Positions 27,190-37,940 are shown, numbered from the stretch's first letter. The stretch: DNA of 64,000 bases from Halorutilales archaeon Cl-col2-1 (GCA_041891055.1 CP169074.1:1056001-1120000), one strand, 5' to 3'. The notes: generated by a model not told the origin, from the sequence alone. A program made the numbers and translations.

Positions 27190-28503
27190 ATGTCGTCGGA
27201 CGACGCAGCCGATGTCGTCGTCGTGGGGGCGGGAGTCTCGGGTCTGTGTCTCACGCATTTCCTACGGAGTAAGGGTATAGACGTCGTCGCATTCGAGTCG
27301 GAGCCGGAGCCGGGTGGAGTCATAGACTCCGAGACTGTCAACGGCAGACTCGTCGAGAACGGTCCCCAGAGAATGCGTTACACTGACGGCGTCGAGAAAC
27401 TCGTCGAGTCGGTCGGTATAGACGACGAGGTCATCGAGGCGAGGATGGAGGTGCCTATGTACGTCTACTTCGACTCGGAGCTACGTCTCGTGCCTTTCTC
27501 GGCTTCGGAGTTTCTGACGACTGACATACTCTCACTCGGAGGAAAGCTCAGAGTTCTCGTCGAGCCTCTCACCGACGGCGCGAAGCCCGACGAGACCGCT
27601 GGGGATATGTTCACGAGGAAGTTCGGCGACGAGGCGTACGAGAACGTGATCGAGCCTCTCTTCGGAGGTCTCTACGGCTCCGACCCCGACGAGATGTACG
27701 TGAGACACTCGCTCTCGCGGGTGAGGAGTATGGAGAAAAGAGAAGGTAGCCTACTCAAGCCGATGTTGAGAAGGGGTCTCTCGGGTGACGCGAGAACGCC
27801 GGCTGTCTCCTTCGAGGACGGGATGCAGACATTCACCGACGCCATCTACGAAGAGAACTCCGACGCGGTAGATCTGGGTACGGAGGTTGTCGGTATAGAC
27901 GAGAAGGAGGAAGACGGCTACGTAGTCGAGACCGACGACGGAGAGGTGGAGACGGAGAGGGTCGTCGTAACCACTCCGGCTTACGTCGCCGCCGACCTGC
28001 TTGAGGACTTAGACGACGAGACTGCGGAGTCACTCCGAAGCCTGAATTACAACTCAATAGCACTCGTACATCTCAGGTCGCCGGGATGTGACATCGAGGG
28101 CTTCGGATACCAGATAAGGAAGGACGAAAAGTACACGACCCTCGGTGTCACATTCAACGACAGCATATTCGACGCCGACAACAGAGACGGTATCTACACC
28201 GCATTTGTGGGCGGTGTCTGGAATCCCGAAGTCGTGACCGCCGACGACGAGACTCTCGAGGAGATAACTACGCAGGAGTTCGAGGAGATGACAGGCTGTG
28301 ACGCCGAGCTTATTAACGTGAGCCGGTGGGTCGACGGAATGCCGTCGTACGACACGTCGTGGGAGGCTCTCGACGGTCTTGAGACACCCGAGGGGATACG
28401 TCTGTGTTCGAACTACATCTCAGGTGTCGGTGTTCCGACACGTCTGCACGAGGCACGTCAGACCGCTGACGAGATCGCGCGAGAGGTCGAAGACGGTGTA
28501 TGA
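27190..28503 (+). CDS. hemY: HemY-type (co)protoporphyrinogen oxidase
   Basis: VVGAGVSGL FAD motif, E....PGG.I.S, E.GP, EPL.GG.Y, NY..GVGV. Confidence 0.9.
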   Translation: MSSDDAADVVVVGAGVSGLCLTHFLRSKGIDVVAFESEPEPGGVIDSETVNGRLVENGPQRMRYTDGVEKLVESVGIDDEVIEARMEVPMYVYFDSELRLVPFSASEFLTTDILSLGGKLRVLVEPLTDGAKPDETAGDMFTRKFGDEAYENVIEPLFGGLYGSDPDEMYVRHSLSRVRSMEKREGSLLKPMLRRGLSGDARTPAVSFEDGMQTFTDAIYEENSDAVDLGTEVVGIDEKEEDGYVVETDDGEVETERVVVTTPAYVAADLLEDLDDETAESLRSLNYNSIALVHLRSPGCDIEGFGYQIRKDEKYTTLGVTFNDSIFDADNRDGIYTAFVGGVWNPEVVTADDETLEEITTQEFEEMTGCDAELINVSRWVDGMPSYDTSWEALDGLETPEGIRLCSNYISGVGVPTRLHEARQTADEIAREVEDGV

Positions 28504-28579
28504 CCAAGAAAAGTTATATACGCAAGGACTGATATATTCGTGTTAAGGTCATCTGGTCAAGAGACAGAGGGAACTATAC

Positions 28580-29170
28580 ATGGATGATGAAAATCAGGGA
28601 GAAGGGAACCCCGCAAAGGTGATGGTAGTCGACGACGAGAAAGACGTAGCAGATCTCTTTGAAGCTCTTCTTTCTCAGAGATACGACGTCGTAAAAGCGT
28701 ATGGTGGGGAGGAGGCTCTCGAAAAGATGGACGACACCGTAAACGTCGTCTTCCTCGACCGCCGTATGCCCGACCTGAGCGGCGACGAGGTTCTCGAAAA
28801 CATACAGGAAGACGACTCGCTCTCGCCCCACGTGGTCATGCTCACGGCTATAAGTCCCGACTTCGACATAATAGAGATGGGCTTCGACGACTACCTCACG
28901 AAGCCCGTCGACAGGGACGACCTCTACGACGCAGTCGAGAACTGTCTCGAAAGGGACGAGTACGACGACAAGGTCAACGAGTACCTCAGCTTAGTCAACA
29001 AGAAGACCGTCTTAGAGGAGGAGAAGTCACAGGAGGAGCTCGAACAGAGCGATGAGTTCTCGAACCTCGAAGACCGTGTCGACGAACTCCTCGGAGACCT
29101 CGATGAGTTACGTGAGGGATTTGTGGAGGAGGACGAGGAAGGATTCGAAGAAGAGTTCAAGAGACTGTAG
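28580..29170 (+). CDS. Response regulator with C-terminal HalX domain
   Basis: VVDDE, FLDRRMPD.SG, GFDDYL.KP; C-terminal K...LE.EK...EL..SDEF. Confidence 0.88.
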   Translation: MDDENQGEGNPAKVMVVDDEKDVADLFEALLSQRYDVVKAYGGEEALEKMDDTVNVVFLDRRMPDLSGDEVLENIQEDDSLSPHVVMLTAISPDFDIIEMGFDDYLTKPVDRDDLYDAVENCLERDEYDDKVNEYLSLVNKKTVLEEEKSQEELEQSDEFSNLEDRVDELLGDLDELREGFVEEDEEGFEEEFKRL

Positions 29171-29191
29171 TTAGTAGTTAGCTACGTTACG

Positions 29192-30643
29192 TCACGTCAG
29201 TTCGTCTACTGTTCTGTCTATCTCCTCGACCATAGCTGTCTGTTCCTGGTTCGCCGCGGCTATGTCGTCGACGCGTTCGGAGACCCTCTCAGCTTTCTCA
29301 GCGGCGTCATCTATCATACTCGCGACCTCCTCGGTCGAAGCCGCCTGGTCGTCGGTAGCCTGTGCGACCTCCTCTATTCCCTGGGCGGTCTCACGCACTG
29401 CCTCTGCGATCCTCTGTAAGTTCTGCATCGACTCCTCGACCTTCTCGACGCCCTCGTCTATCTGGTCGTTCGCCTCCTCAAGACTCTCGACGGTCTCCTC
29501 GGTGTCGTCCTGTATCTCCTCTATGAGGTCACCGATCTCGTCGGCACGTTCCTGTGATTCCTCGGCGAGGCTCTTGACCTCGTCAGCCACGACTGCGAAT
29601 CCCTCTCCTGCTTCACCCGCTCGCGCCGCCTCTATGCTCGCGTTGAGTGCGAGGAGGTTAGTCTGGTCTGCTATGTCGTTTATGACATCGACGACCTCGT
29701 CTATGTCCTCGACCCTATTCCTGAGGGACGTAACGTCGTCGGCGACCTCCTCGCCCGCCTCACCGACGTTTCTCATGACCTCACGTGTCCTCTCGGCGGA
29801 GTCGCGTCCTTCCTCGGCGAGTTCCTCAGCCCTCTGGCTCTTGGTGTTGACCTCGTCGGCACTCGAAGCGATCTCCTCGACAGTTGCACTCAGGTTCGAG
29901 ACCTCAGACGAGACCTCGTCCATCGACTCCGACTGTTCACGTGCGAGATCGGTTATCTCCTGCGAACTCTTGGCGACCTCGTCGGAGGAGTCCCTGAGTT
30001 CGGTCACCGACTCCTGTATCCTCTCCGAGACCTCGCGGCGTTTTTCGAGTTCGCCTTCCATCTCGTCCTTGTAAGCCTGTATGTAGGTGTCCATCGCTAC
30101 CTGCATGTCGAGGTTGGTTATACGGAGGTACGAGAGTGTGCGGTCGAGAGCCTCGTCGACCGCCTCAACGTTGTCGACCTCGTCACGGAGACGGTCGAAG
30201 ACCTCCGAGAGTATTAGGTCGTTGTAGACCATGTACATGCCTATGTAATGCTTGACGGGGAGGTCTACCATCTCGTGTAGCTTGCCTATCCTCGCACGGT
30301 TCTCGAAGTATCCCCTTCCGTACTCACCGCGTCCGAGGGGTATGAGGTATGTCCCGTGTACCGTCTTGAGAGGGTCGGTCTCACGTGTCGACCTGTGGAG
30401 AACCTCACGCGTCTCGTCGAAGGACGAGGTGTGATCGTAGAACTTCTCGGCGACTTCGTCTCTCACGTCGGCGAATATACGGCTCATACCCTGGAGTGTC
30501 TCGACGTCGGAGTCGTCGAACTCGACGAACTCCTTTCTGTGGCGGATCTCGTCGTCGTCGAGACCTATCTCGTCGGCTAGCTCCTCACCCGAGACCTGCG
30601 AAGCAAGATCGTCGCCCGTCTCGCCGTCCTTCGTCTTACTCAT
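29192..30643 (-). CDS. hemAT: Globin-coupled aerotaxis transducer HemAT
   Basis: Protoglobin-type sensor ([10 protein letters not shown] proximal His) plus MCP domain [33 protein letters not shown]; no TM segments. Confidence 0.88.
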   Translation of the reverse strand: MSKTKDGETGDDLASQVSGEELADEIGLDDDEIRHRKEFVEFDDSDVETLQGMSRIFADVRDEVAEKFYDHTSSFDETREVLHRSTRETDPLKTVHGTYLIPLGRGEYGRGYFENRARIGKLHEMVDLPVKHYIGMYMVYNDLILSEVFDRLRDEVDNVEAVDEALDRTLSYLRITNLDMQVAMDTYIQAYKDEMEGELEKRREVSERIQESVTELRDSSDEVAKSSQEITDLAREQSESMDEVSSEVSNLSATVEEIASSADEVNTKSQRAEELAEEGRDSAERTREVMRNVGEAGEEVADDVTSLRNRVEDIDEVVDVINDIADQTNLLALNASIEAARAGEAGEGFAVVADEVKSLAEESQERADEIGDLIEEIQDDTEETVESLEEANDQIDEGVEKVEESMQNLQRIAEAVRETAQGIEEVAQATDDQAASTEEVASMIDDAAEKAERVSERVDDIAAANQEQTAMVEEIDRTVDELT

Positions 30644-30761
30644 AAAACAAAGAGTCGGTCGAGTCTTATTTAAAGGTTGTCACGCGTTCCCATCCCACAG
30701 TATACGGGGCTGTGAGGTATGGAAAGACGCATATGTCGAAACTGCGTCTTAGTTAGTAGAC

Positions 30762-32042
30762 ATGAAACGACGTCCTGACTCCAAGGATCTCTTCGACAGA
30801 GCGATGCAGGTAATGCCCGGAGGCGTCTCGTCGCCCGTGAGAAACGTCGAACCCTACCCATTCTTCGTACAGAAGGGAGACGGGTCACGCGTCTGGGACG
30901 AGGAGGGCAACGAGTACATCGACTACTGCATGGGGTACGGTCCGCTTCTTCTGGGTCATGGACTCCCCGACAGGGTCGAGTCGGACGTCCAGAGTCAGAT
31001 AGCCAACGGCAACCTCTACGGTGCTCCGACACGTCTCGAAGTCGAGTTCGCCGAGTTCATAGCCGAGAGGGTACCCTCGGTAGAGATGTTACGGTTCGTC
31101 AACACGGGTACTGAGGCGACTATGTCGGCGATACGTGCCGCGAGGGGTTACACGGGTAAGAACAAGTTCATCAAGGTCGAGGGCGGTTTCCACGGAGCCC
31201 ACGAGGGCGCGCTCGTAAAGGCGGGAAGCGGACCCTCGACACTCGGAAAGCCCGACTCCGCCGGAGTTCCGCGTTCTTTCACACAGCACACCCTACAGGT
31301 TCCGTACAACGACATAGAGGCTATGACGAAAGCCGTCGAGGAACACTCCGACGACCTCGCCGCGGTCATAATGGAGCCCATAATGGGGAACTCCGGGATA
31401 ATTACGCCCGAAGACGGCTACCTCGAAGAAGTCAGGAAGATCACAGAGGAGCACGACGTCGTTCTGATATTCGACGAGGTCATCACGGGCTTCCGTCTCG
31501 GAACCGGAGGCGCGCAGGAGAAGTACGGCGTCACACCCGACATGACGACACTCGGAAAAGTCACGGGAGCGGGCTTCCCCATAGGTATCTTCGGTGGCAA
31601 GTCAGAGATAATGGAGAACGTCGCTCCTTCGGGAGACGTCTACCAGGCGGGTACCTTCAGCGGAAACCCCGTGACGATGGCGGCGGGATACTCCGCACTG
31701 AGGTACGCCGAGCGCGAGAACGTCCACGACTACGTCAACCGCCTGGGCGAGAAGATGCGTTCGGGGCTCGAAGACATAGTCGAAGACGAGAGACCCGAGT
31801 ACTCGGTCGGCGGTGTCGGAAGTCTGTTCAAGGTCTTCTTCGGAAACGACGGCGAGAAGCCGACCGACTACGACGAGGTCAACGCGTGTGACACCGACAG
31901 ATGGTCGCGCATATTCTGGGACGAGATGGTCGATGAGGGCGTCTTCCTGCCGCCGTCACAGTACGAGAGCCAGTTCGTCTCGTACGCCCACACCGAGGAG
32001 GAGATCGAGGAGACTCTAGAGGCTTACAAGGAAGCCCTATGA
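30762..32042 (+). CDS. hemL: Glutamate-1-semialdehyde 2,1-aminomutase
   Basis: PGGVSSPVR, GTEATMSA.R.AR, FDEVITGFR, TTLGK, YQAGTFSGNP. Confidence 0.96.
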   Translation: MKRRPDSKDLFDRAMQVMPGGVSSPVRNVEPYPFFVQKGDGSRVWDEEGNEYIDYCMGYGPLLLGHGLPDRVESDVQSQIANGNLYGAPTRLEVEFAEFIAERVPSVEMLRFVNTGTEATMSAIRAARGYTGKNKFIKVEGGFHGAHEGALVKAGSGPSTLGKPDSAGVPRSFTQHTLQVPYNDIEAMTKAVEEHSDDLAAVIMEPIMGNSGIITPEDGYLEEVRKITEEHDVVLIFDEVITGFRLGTGGAQEKYGVTPDMTTLGKVTGAGFPIGIFGGKSEIMENVAPSGDVYQAGTFSGNPVTMAAGYSALRYAERENVHDYVNRLGEKMRSGLEDIVEDERPEYSVGGVGSLFKVFFGNDGEKPTDYDEVNACDTDRWSRIFWDEMVDEGVFLPPSQYESQFVSYAHTEEEIEETLEAYKEAL

Positions 32043-32953
32043 TAAGGATAGGAACACGTGGAAGCGACCTCGCTCTATACCAGACACGTAAGGTTCAGTC
32101 GTTTCTCAGGTCAGAGTCGGAGTACGAGGTCGTCGAGACGTCGGGAGACAGGAGCCAGGACAGGTTTGACTCGAAGGTCACCGAGATAGGCGGACAGGGG
32201 GTCTTCGTGAGGGAGATAGACGCACGTGTCTCCGACGGCGACTTCGACGCCGCGGTACACTCGATGAAGGACATGCCCGTCGAACGCCCCGAGGGTGTCG
32301 AGATCGCGGCTGTGCTCGAACGCGACACTCCCAACGACGTTCTGGTCTCGACAGACGAAAAGGAGATAGACGACCTCGGACACGGCGCTGTGATAGGGAC
32401 TTCGAGCCAGAGGAGACGCGCACAGATAAAGAGGTACAGGGACGACCTCAACGTACAGGGTCTCAGGGGAAACGTCGACACACGTATAGACAAACTCAGA
32501 AGGGGAGACTACGACGCAGTCGTCCTCTCGGGCGCGGGACTCGAACGTATGGACATCGATATTCCGAGCGTGAAACTCAGCCTCTCGGAGTTCGTGCCGA
32601 GTGCGAACCAGGGCGTGATCGCTGTCACAGCGCGCGAGGAGACAGACGAGTTCGAGGAGATACGTGGGATAGACCACCCGAAGACACGTGTTGAGACGAC
32701 AGCCGAGAGGGTCGTCCTCGCCGAGATAGGCGCGGGATGTGTGGCTCCCATGGGCGTCTACGCGCGTATAAAGGGCGAACACATAGAGATTACCGCCGAG
32801 GTACTGTCTCTCGACGGAGAGGAACAGGTCAGGGTCGAGGACAAGATACCCGTCGAGTCGTACTACGAGGGCGCGCAGGAGGTCGCCGACGAGATGGTCG
32901 ACAGGGGCGCGGTAGAGCTCGTCGAGGAGGCAACCCGGGACGAAAACAAGTAA
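32039..32953 (+). CDS. hemC: Hydroxymethylbilane synthase
   Basis: IGTRGS.LA, VHSMKDMP, GTSS.RR, RGNVDTR, GC..P. Confidence 0.96.
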   Translation: MIRIGTRGSDLALYQTRKVQSFLRSESEYEVVETSGDRSQDRFDSKVTEIGGQGVFVREIDARVSDGDFDAAVHSMKDMPVERPEGVEIAAVLERDTPNDVLVSTDEKEIDDLGHGAVIGTSSQRRRAQIKRYRDDLNVQGLRGNVDTRIDKLRRGDYDAVVLSGAGLERMDIDIPSVKLSLSEFVPSANQGVIAVTAREETDEFEEIRGIDHPKTRVETTAERVVLAEIGAGCVAPMGVYARIKGEHIEITAEVLSLDGEEQVRVEDKIPVESYYEGAQEVADEMVDRGAVELVEEATRDENK

Positions 32954-32983
32954 ACTTGAAGTAATACAAATCTATTTGTAGAG

Positions 32984-33937
32984 TTGATGGACGAGACGAG
33001 AAACGAGACCGTCGTGGGAGACGGAGCACGTGTCGAGTACGACCACGACGCCGAGGGAGAACGAGACACCGAGGCACGAAGTAAGGGTAACCACGATGAC
33101 TCCGGCGGTCTCGGGGACGTAGATGTGAACGCGAGGAAGAACGGAGGCGCGGAGAGCACGGAGGCGGAGACAACAAGATCCGAGAACGGAACGGTCTACT
33201 TAGTCGGCGCAGGACCCGGAGATCCCGAGCTTCTGACACTTAAGGCGGGACGTCTCCTCAAAGAGGCGGACTCGGTTCTCCACGACTCGCTAGTCGGCGA
33301 CGGTGTTCTCGACCTGATACCCGACTCGACCGACGTGGTTAACGTCGGAAAGAGACCCGACGGAAAGACGACTCCACAGGAAGAGATCAACTCGCTGATG
33401 GTCGAAGAGGCGCGCGAGGGGAAGACAGTAGTGCGTCTCAAGGGTGGAGACCCCGACGTATTCGGGAGAGGCGGAGAGGAGGCGGAACATCTCGCCTCCG
33501 AGGACGTCGAGTTCGAGATAGTTCCGGGAGTCACGAGCGTCGTCGCCGCCTCGGGCGTCTCGGGGATACCTCTGACACACAGAAACCACTCTTCGAGCTT
33601 TACCGTAATTACGGGACACGAAGACCCCACGAAGGAAGAGAGTGCGATCGACTGGGAAGCCCTCGCACGTAACATAGAAGCAGGAGGAACACTCGTAATC
33701 CTGATGGGGGTCAGACGTCTCCCCGACAACGTCGAAGCACTCACGCGACACGGGGTCGACGCAAGTACGCCAGCCGCGATGGTCGAGAAAGCGACACGTG
33801 ACGGCGAGAAGTACGTGACAGGGAGTCTCGAAAACATAGTCGAGAGGACGAGGGACGAGGGGATAGAGTCGCCGGCTATAACGGTTATAGGCGACGTAGT
33901 TAAGGTGCGCGACGAGATAGATGACCTCATACTCTAA
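32984..33937 (+). CDS. cobA: Uroporphyrinogen-III C-methyltransferase (SUMT) with acidic N-terminal extension
   Basis: VYLVGAGPGDPELLT, RLKGGDP..FGRGGEE, PGVTS, TGHE; start uncertain. Confidence 0.93.
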   Translation: MMDETRNETVVGDGARVEYDHDAEGERDTEARSKGNHDDSGGLGDVDVNARKNGGAESTEAETTRSENGTVYLVGAGPGDPELLTLKAGRLLKEADSVLHDSLVGDGVLDLIPDSTDVVNVGKRPDGKTTPQEEINSLMVEEAREGKTVVRLKGGDPDVFGRGGEEAEHLASEDVEFEIVPGVTSVVAASGVSGIPLTHRNHSSSFTVITGHEDPTKEESAIDWEALARNIEAGGTLVILMGVRRLPDNVEALTRHGVDASTPAAMVEKATRDGEKYVTGSLENIVERTRDEGIESPAITVIGDVVKVRDEIDDLIL

Positions 33938-34724
33938 GATGACGACTAAGACAGAAACTGATACTGAGGCTGAGACTGACACGGATACCGGGGCAGACAG
34001 GCTGAGAGTAGCTATATTCCGTCCGTCGGGAAGACGTGAGGACGAGAGCGTCGAACTCCTCGAAGGCATGGGGCACGAGGTCTTGAGCGACCCTCTCCTC
34101 GAACCCCGAGCGACGTCGGAGGCGCCTCTCGCCTCAGCGGATTTCACCGTGTTCACGAGCGTCACAGGTGTCGACCTCGCTCTGTCGTCGCTCGATCCCG
34201 AGGATCTGGAGTCTACACACGTCTGTGCGATAGGTCCCAAGACGTGTGACGCCCTCGAAGAAAGAGGAGTCGAAGTCTCGGTAGTCCCCGACGAGTACAC
34301 GAGCACGGGGCTCGTCGAGTGCCTCGGCGACGAAGTCGAGGAGAAGAAGGTCGAGGTCGCGAGGAGTGACCACGGATCACAGAAACTCATCGACGGACTC
34401 AACGACAAAGGTGCTTTCGTCCACGAGACGGTACTCTACAAGTTAGTGAGACCCGAGGGAGGCGGAGACGAGACTGTCGAAGGCGTCTTAGACGGCGAGG
34501 TCGACGCAGTCCTCTTCACGTCTTCTCTGACGGTCGAGCATCTCGTCGAGGCATCGGGAGACAAGTCGGAGAGTTTCATCGAAAAGCTCAACGACGGCGT
34601 CTTCGTTGGCGCGATAGGAGAGCCGACACGCGAGACTGCGGAGTCAGTCGGCATAGACGTCGACTACGTCCCCGAAGAGGAGACATTCGAGTCTCTCGCA
34701 GACGGTGTGGGTCTCAGCCATTAA
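33921..34724 (+). CDS. hemD: Uroporphyrinogen-III synthase
   Basis: FTS..GV, AIGPKT...L, Y.L, FTSS.TV, IG.PT; start may be 33939. Confidence 0.88.
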   Translation: MTSYSKMTTKTETDTEAETDTDTGADRLRVAIFRPSGRREDESVELLEGMGHEVLSDPLLEPRATSEAPLASADFTVFTSVTGVDLALSSLDPEDLESTHVCAIGPKTCDALEERGVEVSVVPDEYTSTGLVECLGDEVEEKKVEVARSDHGSQKLIDGLNDKGAFVHETVLYKLVRPEGGGDETVEGVLDGEVDAVLFTSSLTVEHLVEASGDKSESFIEKLNDGVFVGAIGEPTRETAESVGIDVDYVPEEETFESLADGVGLSH

Positions 34725-35607
34725 GATACGACTTCTGAGCCCCTCTCACGAGCGCGGTGAGTGTCTGGTTGAGGCTGACGTCGACGCCGCGGCTGTTCGC
34801 GATCTCGACGACGTAGCCGTTTATCGCATCGATCTCGGTTCGTCTCCGGCTTCTTAGATCCTGTAACATGCTTGAGTAGTTCGGAGCGGTAGCCCTCGCG
34901 ACCTCGACGGCTCTGTCTCCCGAGCCGTCTATATCGACGCCTTCTGATGACGCGACCTCCTCGACCTCACGCGCGGCTTTCTCTACGATGTGTCTGAGAC
35001 CGTCGTCCTCGATTACCTCGCCGTTGGTGAGACGTGTGATCGCTGTCACGGGATTTATACCCGCGTTGACGGCGGTCTTCGACCAGAGTCTCCGGGGCAT
35101 GTCGTCGCGCACCTGGACGTCGATACCCTTCGAGAGGAGGGCTACCACATCGTCGGCAGTCTCCGAGACGCCTCCGTCGGGGTCGCCGACCTCGACTGTT
35201 CCGGCTCCGGTGTAGCCCACGACACCCGGTTGGCGCAGGCTCGCGCCGTAGGTCGTCGTCCCAGCGAGGACGCGGCAGTCAGTCACAGAAGACAGAGTCT
35301 CCTCGTTCCCCATCCCGTTCTGGAGGCTCACGACGACGTTCTGGCGACCTCTCAGAGACTCGGCGGCTTCGCGGGTGTCGTAGCTCTTGACCGTAACGAG
35401 GGTGACCTCGGCGTCGCCGGGGGACGTCGAAGCCTCGGGGTAGACAGTGAGGTTCTCTTTGCCCTCGATCCTGAGACCATTACGACGTATCTCAGAGACG
35501 TGGCTCTGTCTTCCCACGAGCCTGACATCGAGACCCGCGTGAGAGAGTAGACCGCCTATCAGACTTCCGAGGCTTCCGGCTCCAAAGACCTGAACGTCGA
35601 CTCCCAT
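34714..35607 (-). CDS. panE: 2-dehydropantoate 2-reductase
   Basis: GAGSLG, VKSYDT, LQNGMG, W.K..VN..INP, SSMLQD...RRTEID.ING; start ATG 35607. Confidence 0.92.
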   Translation of the reverse strand: MGVDVQVFGAGSLGSLIGGLLSHAGLDVRLVGRQSHVSEIRRNGLRIEGKENLTVYPEASTSPGDAEVTLVTVKSYDTREAAESLRGRQNVVVSLQNGMGNEETLSSVTDCRVLAGTTTYGASLRQPGVVGYTGAGTVEVGDPDGGVSETADDVVALLSKGIDVQVRDDMPRRLWSKTAVNAGINPVTAITRLTNGEVIEDDGLRHIVEKAAREVEEVASSEGVDIDGSGDRAVEVARATAPNYSSMLQDLRSRRRTEIDAINGYVVEIANSRGVDVSLNQTLTALVRGAQKSYLNG

Positions 35608-35675
35608 CGTGTCTGAGTAGCCGAAACCCCGCCAAATAGTTAATGTTAACACAGTAACTGACGATATTCGTGATA

Positions 35676-36785
35676 ATGAGTGAGTCGAACGTCCGGCGGA
35701 TAGTAGTCCCCGTCGCCGACTCGGTCACGATGCGTGACACGGTGGCTTACGCCGTACGCCTCGCCGTCGGATCGTTCGAGGAAAACGGAGACGAGGGAAA
35801 GGGGGAGGACGTTCCGAGTTCACGACCACGTGTCGACTTCATACAGCCCGTGAGCTGGAAACGTGAGAGTCTGAGAGCCGAGGCGGTGAAGGAGTCGGAG
35901 GAGACACTCGACCGCGTGCGGACGTGGGTATACGACGACCTCGGCATCGAGGGGGAGGAGGAGACGGATATCGAGATCAACACCGAGGTCGTAGAGACCG
36001 ACGAGTACCTCTTCAGCCTCAAGGACTACGCCGACACGGTCGTGAGATACGCCCGGAGACACCGACTCGACCACGTCGTACTCGATCCCGAGTACCATCC
36101 GAGGGGGCGCGGCGGTCTTCTGACTCCCCTAGAGACGGAGATAGACTTGGCTGAGGGAATTACCTACGAAAAGGCACCCGTGGAACGCGAGGTGCGCGGA
36201 AGGGAGTTCCTCGGCAGGGTCGCCGAGCCGACGGCGTTCGGAGCCACGTTTCTTCTGTCTTTTGTGTTCTACCAGGTCTTAGGCGGCTTCTCGGGGAGCT
36301 TCGATTACATAACCGGCGGCATAACCGCTTTGGTAGTCGCAAGCGTCGTCTCGGGCATCACATTCGAGACACGTCTCGATCCCTCCTCGGCAGTCGCCAC
36401 GACTGTTCGGTGGCTGGGATACGTGCCACAGCTTCTCTGGAAGATCGCCGTGGCGAACATAGAGGTCGCATACATAGTCCTACATCCGTCCCTGCCGATA
36501 GACCCGAGCATCGAGTCGGTAAAGCCGGCTGTTCCGTCGGGGCTTCCGTCGACCACCCTCGCCAACAGTATCACGCTGACACCCGGGACTGTGACAGTCG
36601 ACGTCCGTGGACGTGAGTTCAAGGTTCACGCACTCACCGACTCGGCGCGTGAGGGACTCTACGCTGGCGAGATAGAGCGTCTGGTGAGGTTCGTCTTCTT
36701 CGGACGCGCAGCGATGGATCTGCCCTCACCGAGGGAACGAGGCGTAGTAGAGACACGGCAGACACAGGAGGACGACGGAGGATGA
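35676..36785 (+). CDS. mrpE: Mrp antiporter subunit E with N-terminal USP-like domain
   Basis: IVVPVADSVT.R.TV.YA N-terminus; LANSITLTPGT, VHAL. Confidence 0.85.
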   Translation: MSESNVRRIVVPVADSVTMRDTVAYAVRLAVGSFEENGDEGKGEDVPSSRPRVDFIQPVSWKRESLRAEAVKESEETLDRVRTWVYDDLGIEGEEETDIEINTEVVETDEYLFSLKDYADTVVRYARRHRLDHVVLDPEYHPRGRGGLLTPLETEIDLAEGITYEKAPVEREVRGREFLGRVAEPTAFGATFLLSFVFYQVLGGFSGSFDYITGGITALVVASVVSGITFETRLDPSSAVATTVRWLGYVPQLLWKIAVANIEVAYIVLHPSLPIDPSIESVKPAVPSGLPSTTLANSITLTPGTVTVDVRGREFKVHALTDSAREGLYAGEIERLVRFVFFGRAAMDLPSPRERGVVETRQTQEDDGG

Positions 36786-37060
36786 CCATGTCTATCGAGG
36801 AGGTCTTCACAGTCTTCGCGGTGGCTTTCGTGGCTCTGGGTATAGGAGCTATGTACAGGGTGATACGGGGACCTACGACCTACGACCGCGTCATAGGGGT
36901 CAACGCAGTCGGAACGACGACTGTTCTGATAATAGTCGTCTTCTCTGTGAGTCTCGACGAGCCGATGTTCCTCGATGTCGCAGTCGTCTACGGTCTTCTC
37001 AACTTCGTGATGAGCATCGCAGTCTCGAAGTTCGGTGTCGAGTGGGGTGATGTCCTGTGA
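36782..37060 (+). CDS. mrpF: Mrp antiporter subunit F
   Basis: YRVIRGPT..DRV, LDVA.VY.LLNF. Confidence 0.88.
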   Translation: MTMSIEEVFTVFAVAFVALGIGAMYRVIRGPTTYDRVIGVNAVGTTTVLIIVVFSVSLDEPMFLDVAVVYGLLNFVMSIAVSKFGVEWGDVL

Positions 37061-37401
37061 CTCCTCTCGAATGGGCGAGTGTTCTTCTAGTCGCGGTCGG
37101 ATTCTTCTTCAGCTTGGTCGCCGTCGTGGGTCTCGTGCGTCTTCCCGACCTCTACACGCGCGCCCACGCGACATCGAAGGCGGACACCCTCGGAACCGTC
37201 CTGACACTCGGGGGCGCGGCTCTCGCCTTCGAGTCGTCGGTTCCACGTGCGAAGCTAGTCGTCTTAGCCGGATTCATGCTGATCACGAGTCCGACAGCTG
37301 CACACGCGATCACGAGAGCGGCGTACGACCAAGGAGTCGAAGTCTGGACTAAGACCAGTTCTGAAGACGACGACGCGAGTACGGGAGGTGAGAGGACATG
37401 A
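37057..37401 (+). CDS. mrpG: Mrp antiporter subunit G
   Basis: RLPDLYTR.HA.SK.DTLG, P..AHA..RAA. Confidence 0.9.
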   Translation: MTPLEWASVLLVAVGFFFSLVAVVGLVRLPDLYTRAHATSKADTLGTVLTLGGAALAFESSVPRAKLVVLAGFMLITSPTAAHAITRAAYDQGVEVWTKTSSEDDDASTGGERT

Positions 37402-37940
37402 TGGGAGTAGTCGGGGAGGTACTCCTCGTCTTCGTCATAGTCGCGGCTCTGAGTACCGTCTTCCTGCGTGACCTCCTCGCCTCGATAGTCGCGTTCTCGG
37501 CGTACAGCTTAGGTCTCGCACTTCTCTGGCTCAGCCTACGTGCCCCCGACGTCGCGCTCACGGAGGCGGCGATAGGAGCGGGTGTAATGACTGCATTGCT
37601 TCTCCTTACACTCGCTAAGACAGCCCGTCCGTCGACAGACGGGAGTACCTTCGACACCGTGAGATGGCGCGGAGTCATCGTCGTGGGGCTCTTAGGCGTG
37701 GCACTCCTGTCTACGGTTCCGGCTATACCCGAGGTCGGCGACCCGAATGCGCCGGCTTACCAGAACCCCGACGTGACCCAGTACTACTTAGAGAACGCCT
37801 ACGAGGAGACAGAGGTTAGGAACGTCGTGACGGCGGTTCTCGCGGCTTACCGTGGCTTCGACACATTCGGCGAGGCTGTCGTCGTCTTCAGTTCAGGGAT
37901 CGCGGTTCTGTTAGCCGTCAAGAGGGAGGTGTTCACATAG
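37398..37940 (+). CDS. Mrp subunit B-related protein (DUF4040 plus MnhB N-part)
   Basis: APDVALTEAA.G.G, NVVTAVL..YRGFDTFGE. Confidence 0.85.
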   Translation: MMGVVGEVLLVFVIVAALSTVFLRDLLASIVAFSAYSLGLALLWLSLRAPDVALTEAAIGAGVMTALLLLTLAKTARPSTDGSTFDTVRWRGVIVVGLLGVALLSTVPAIPEVGDPNAPAYQNPDVTQYYLENAYEETEVRNVVTAVLAAYRGFDTFGEAVVVFSSGIAVLLAVKREVFT

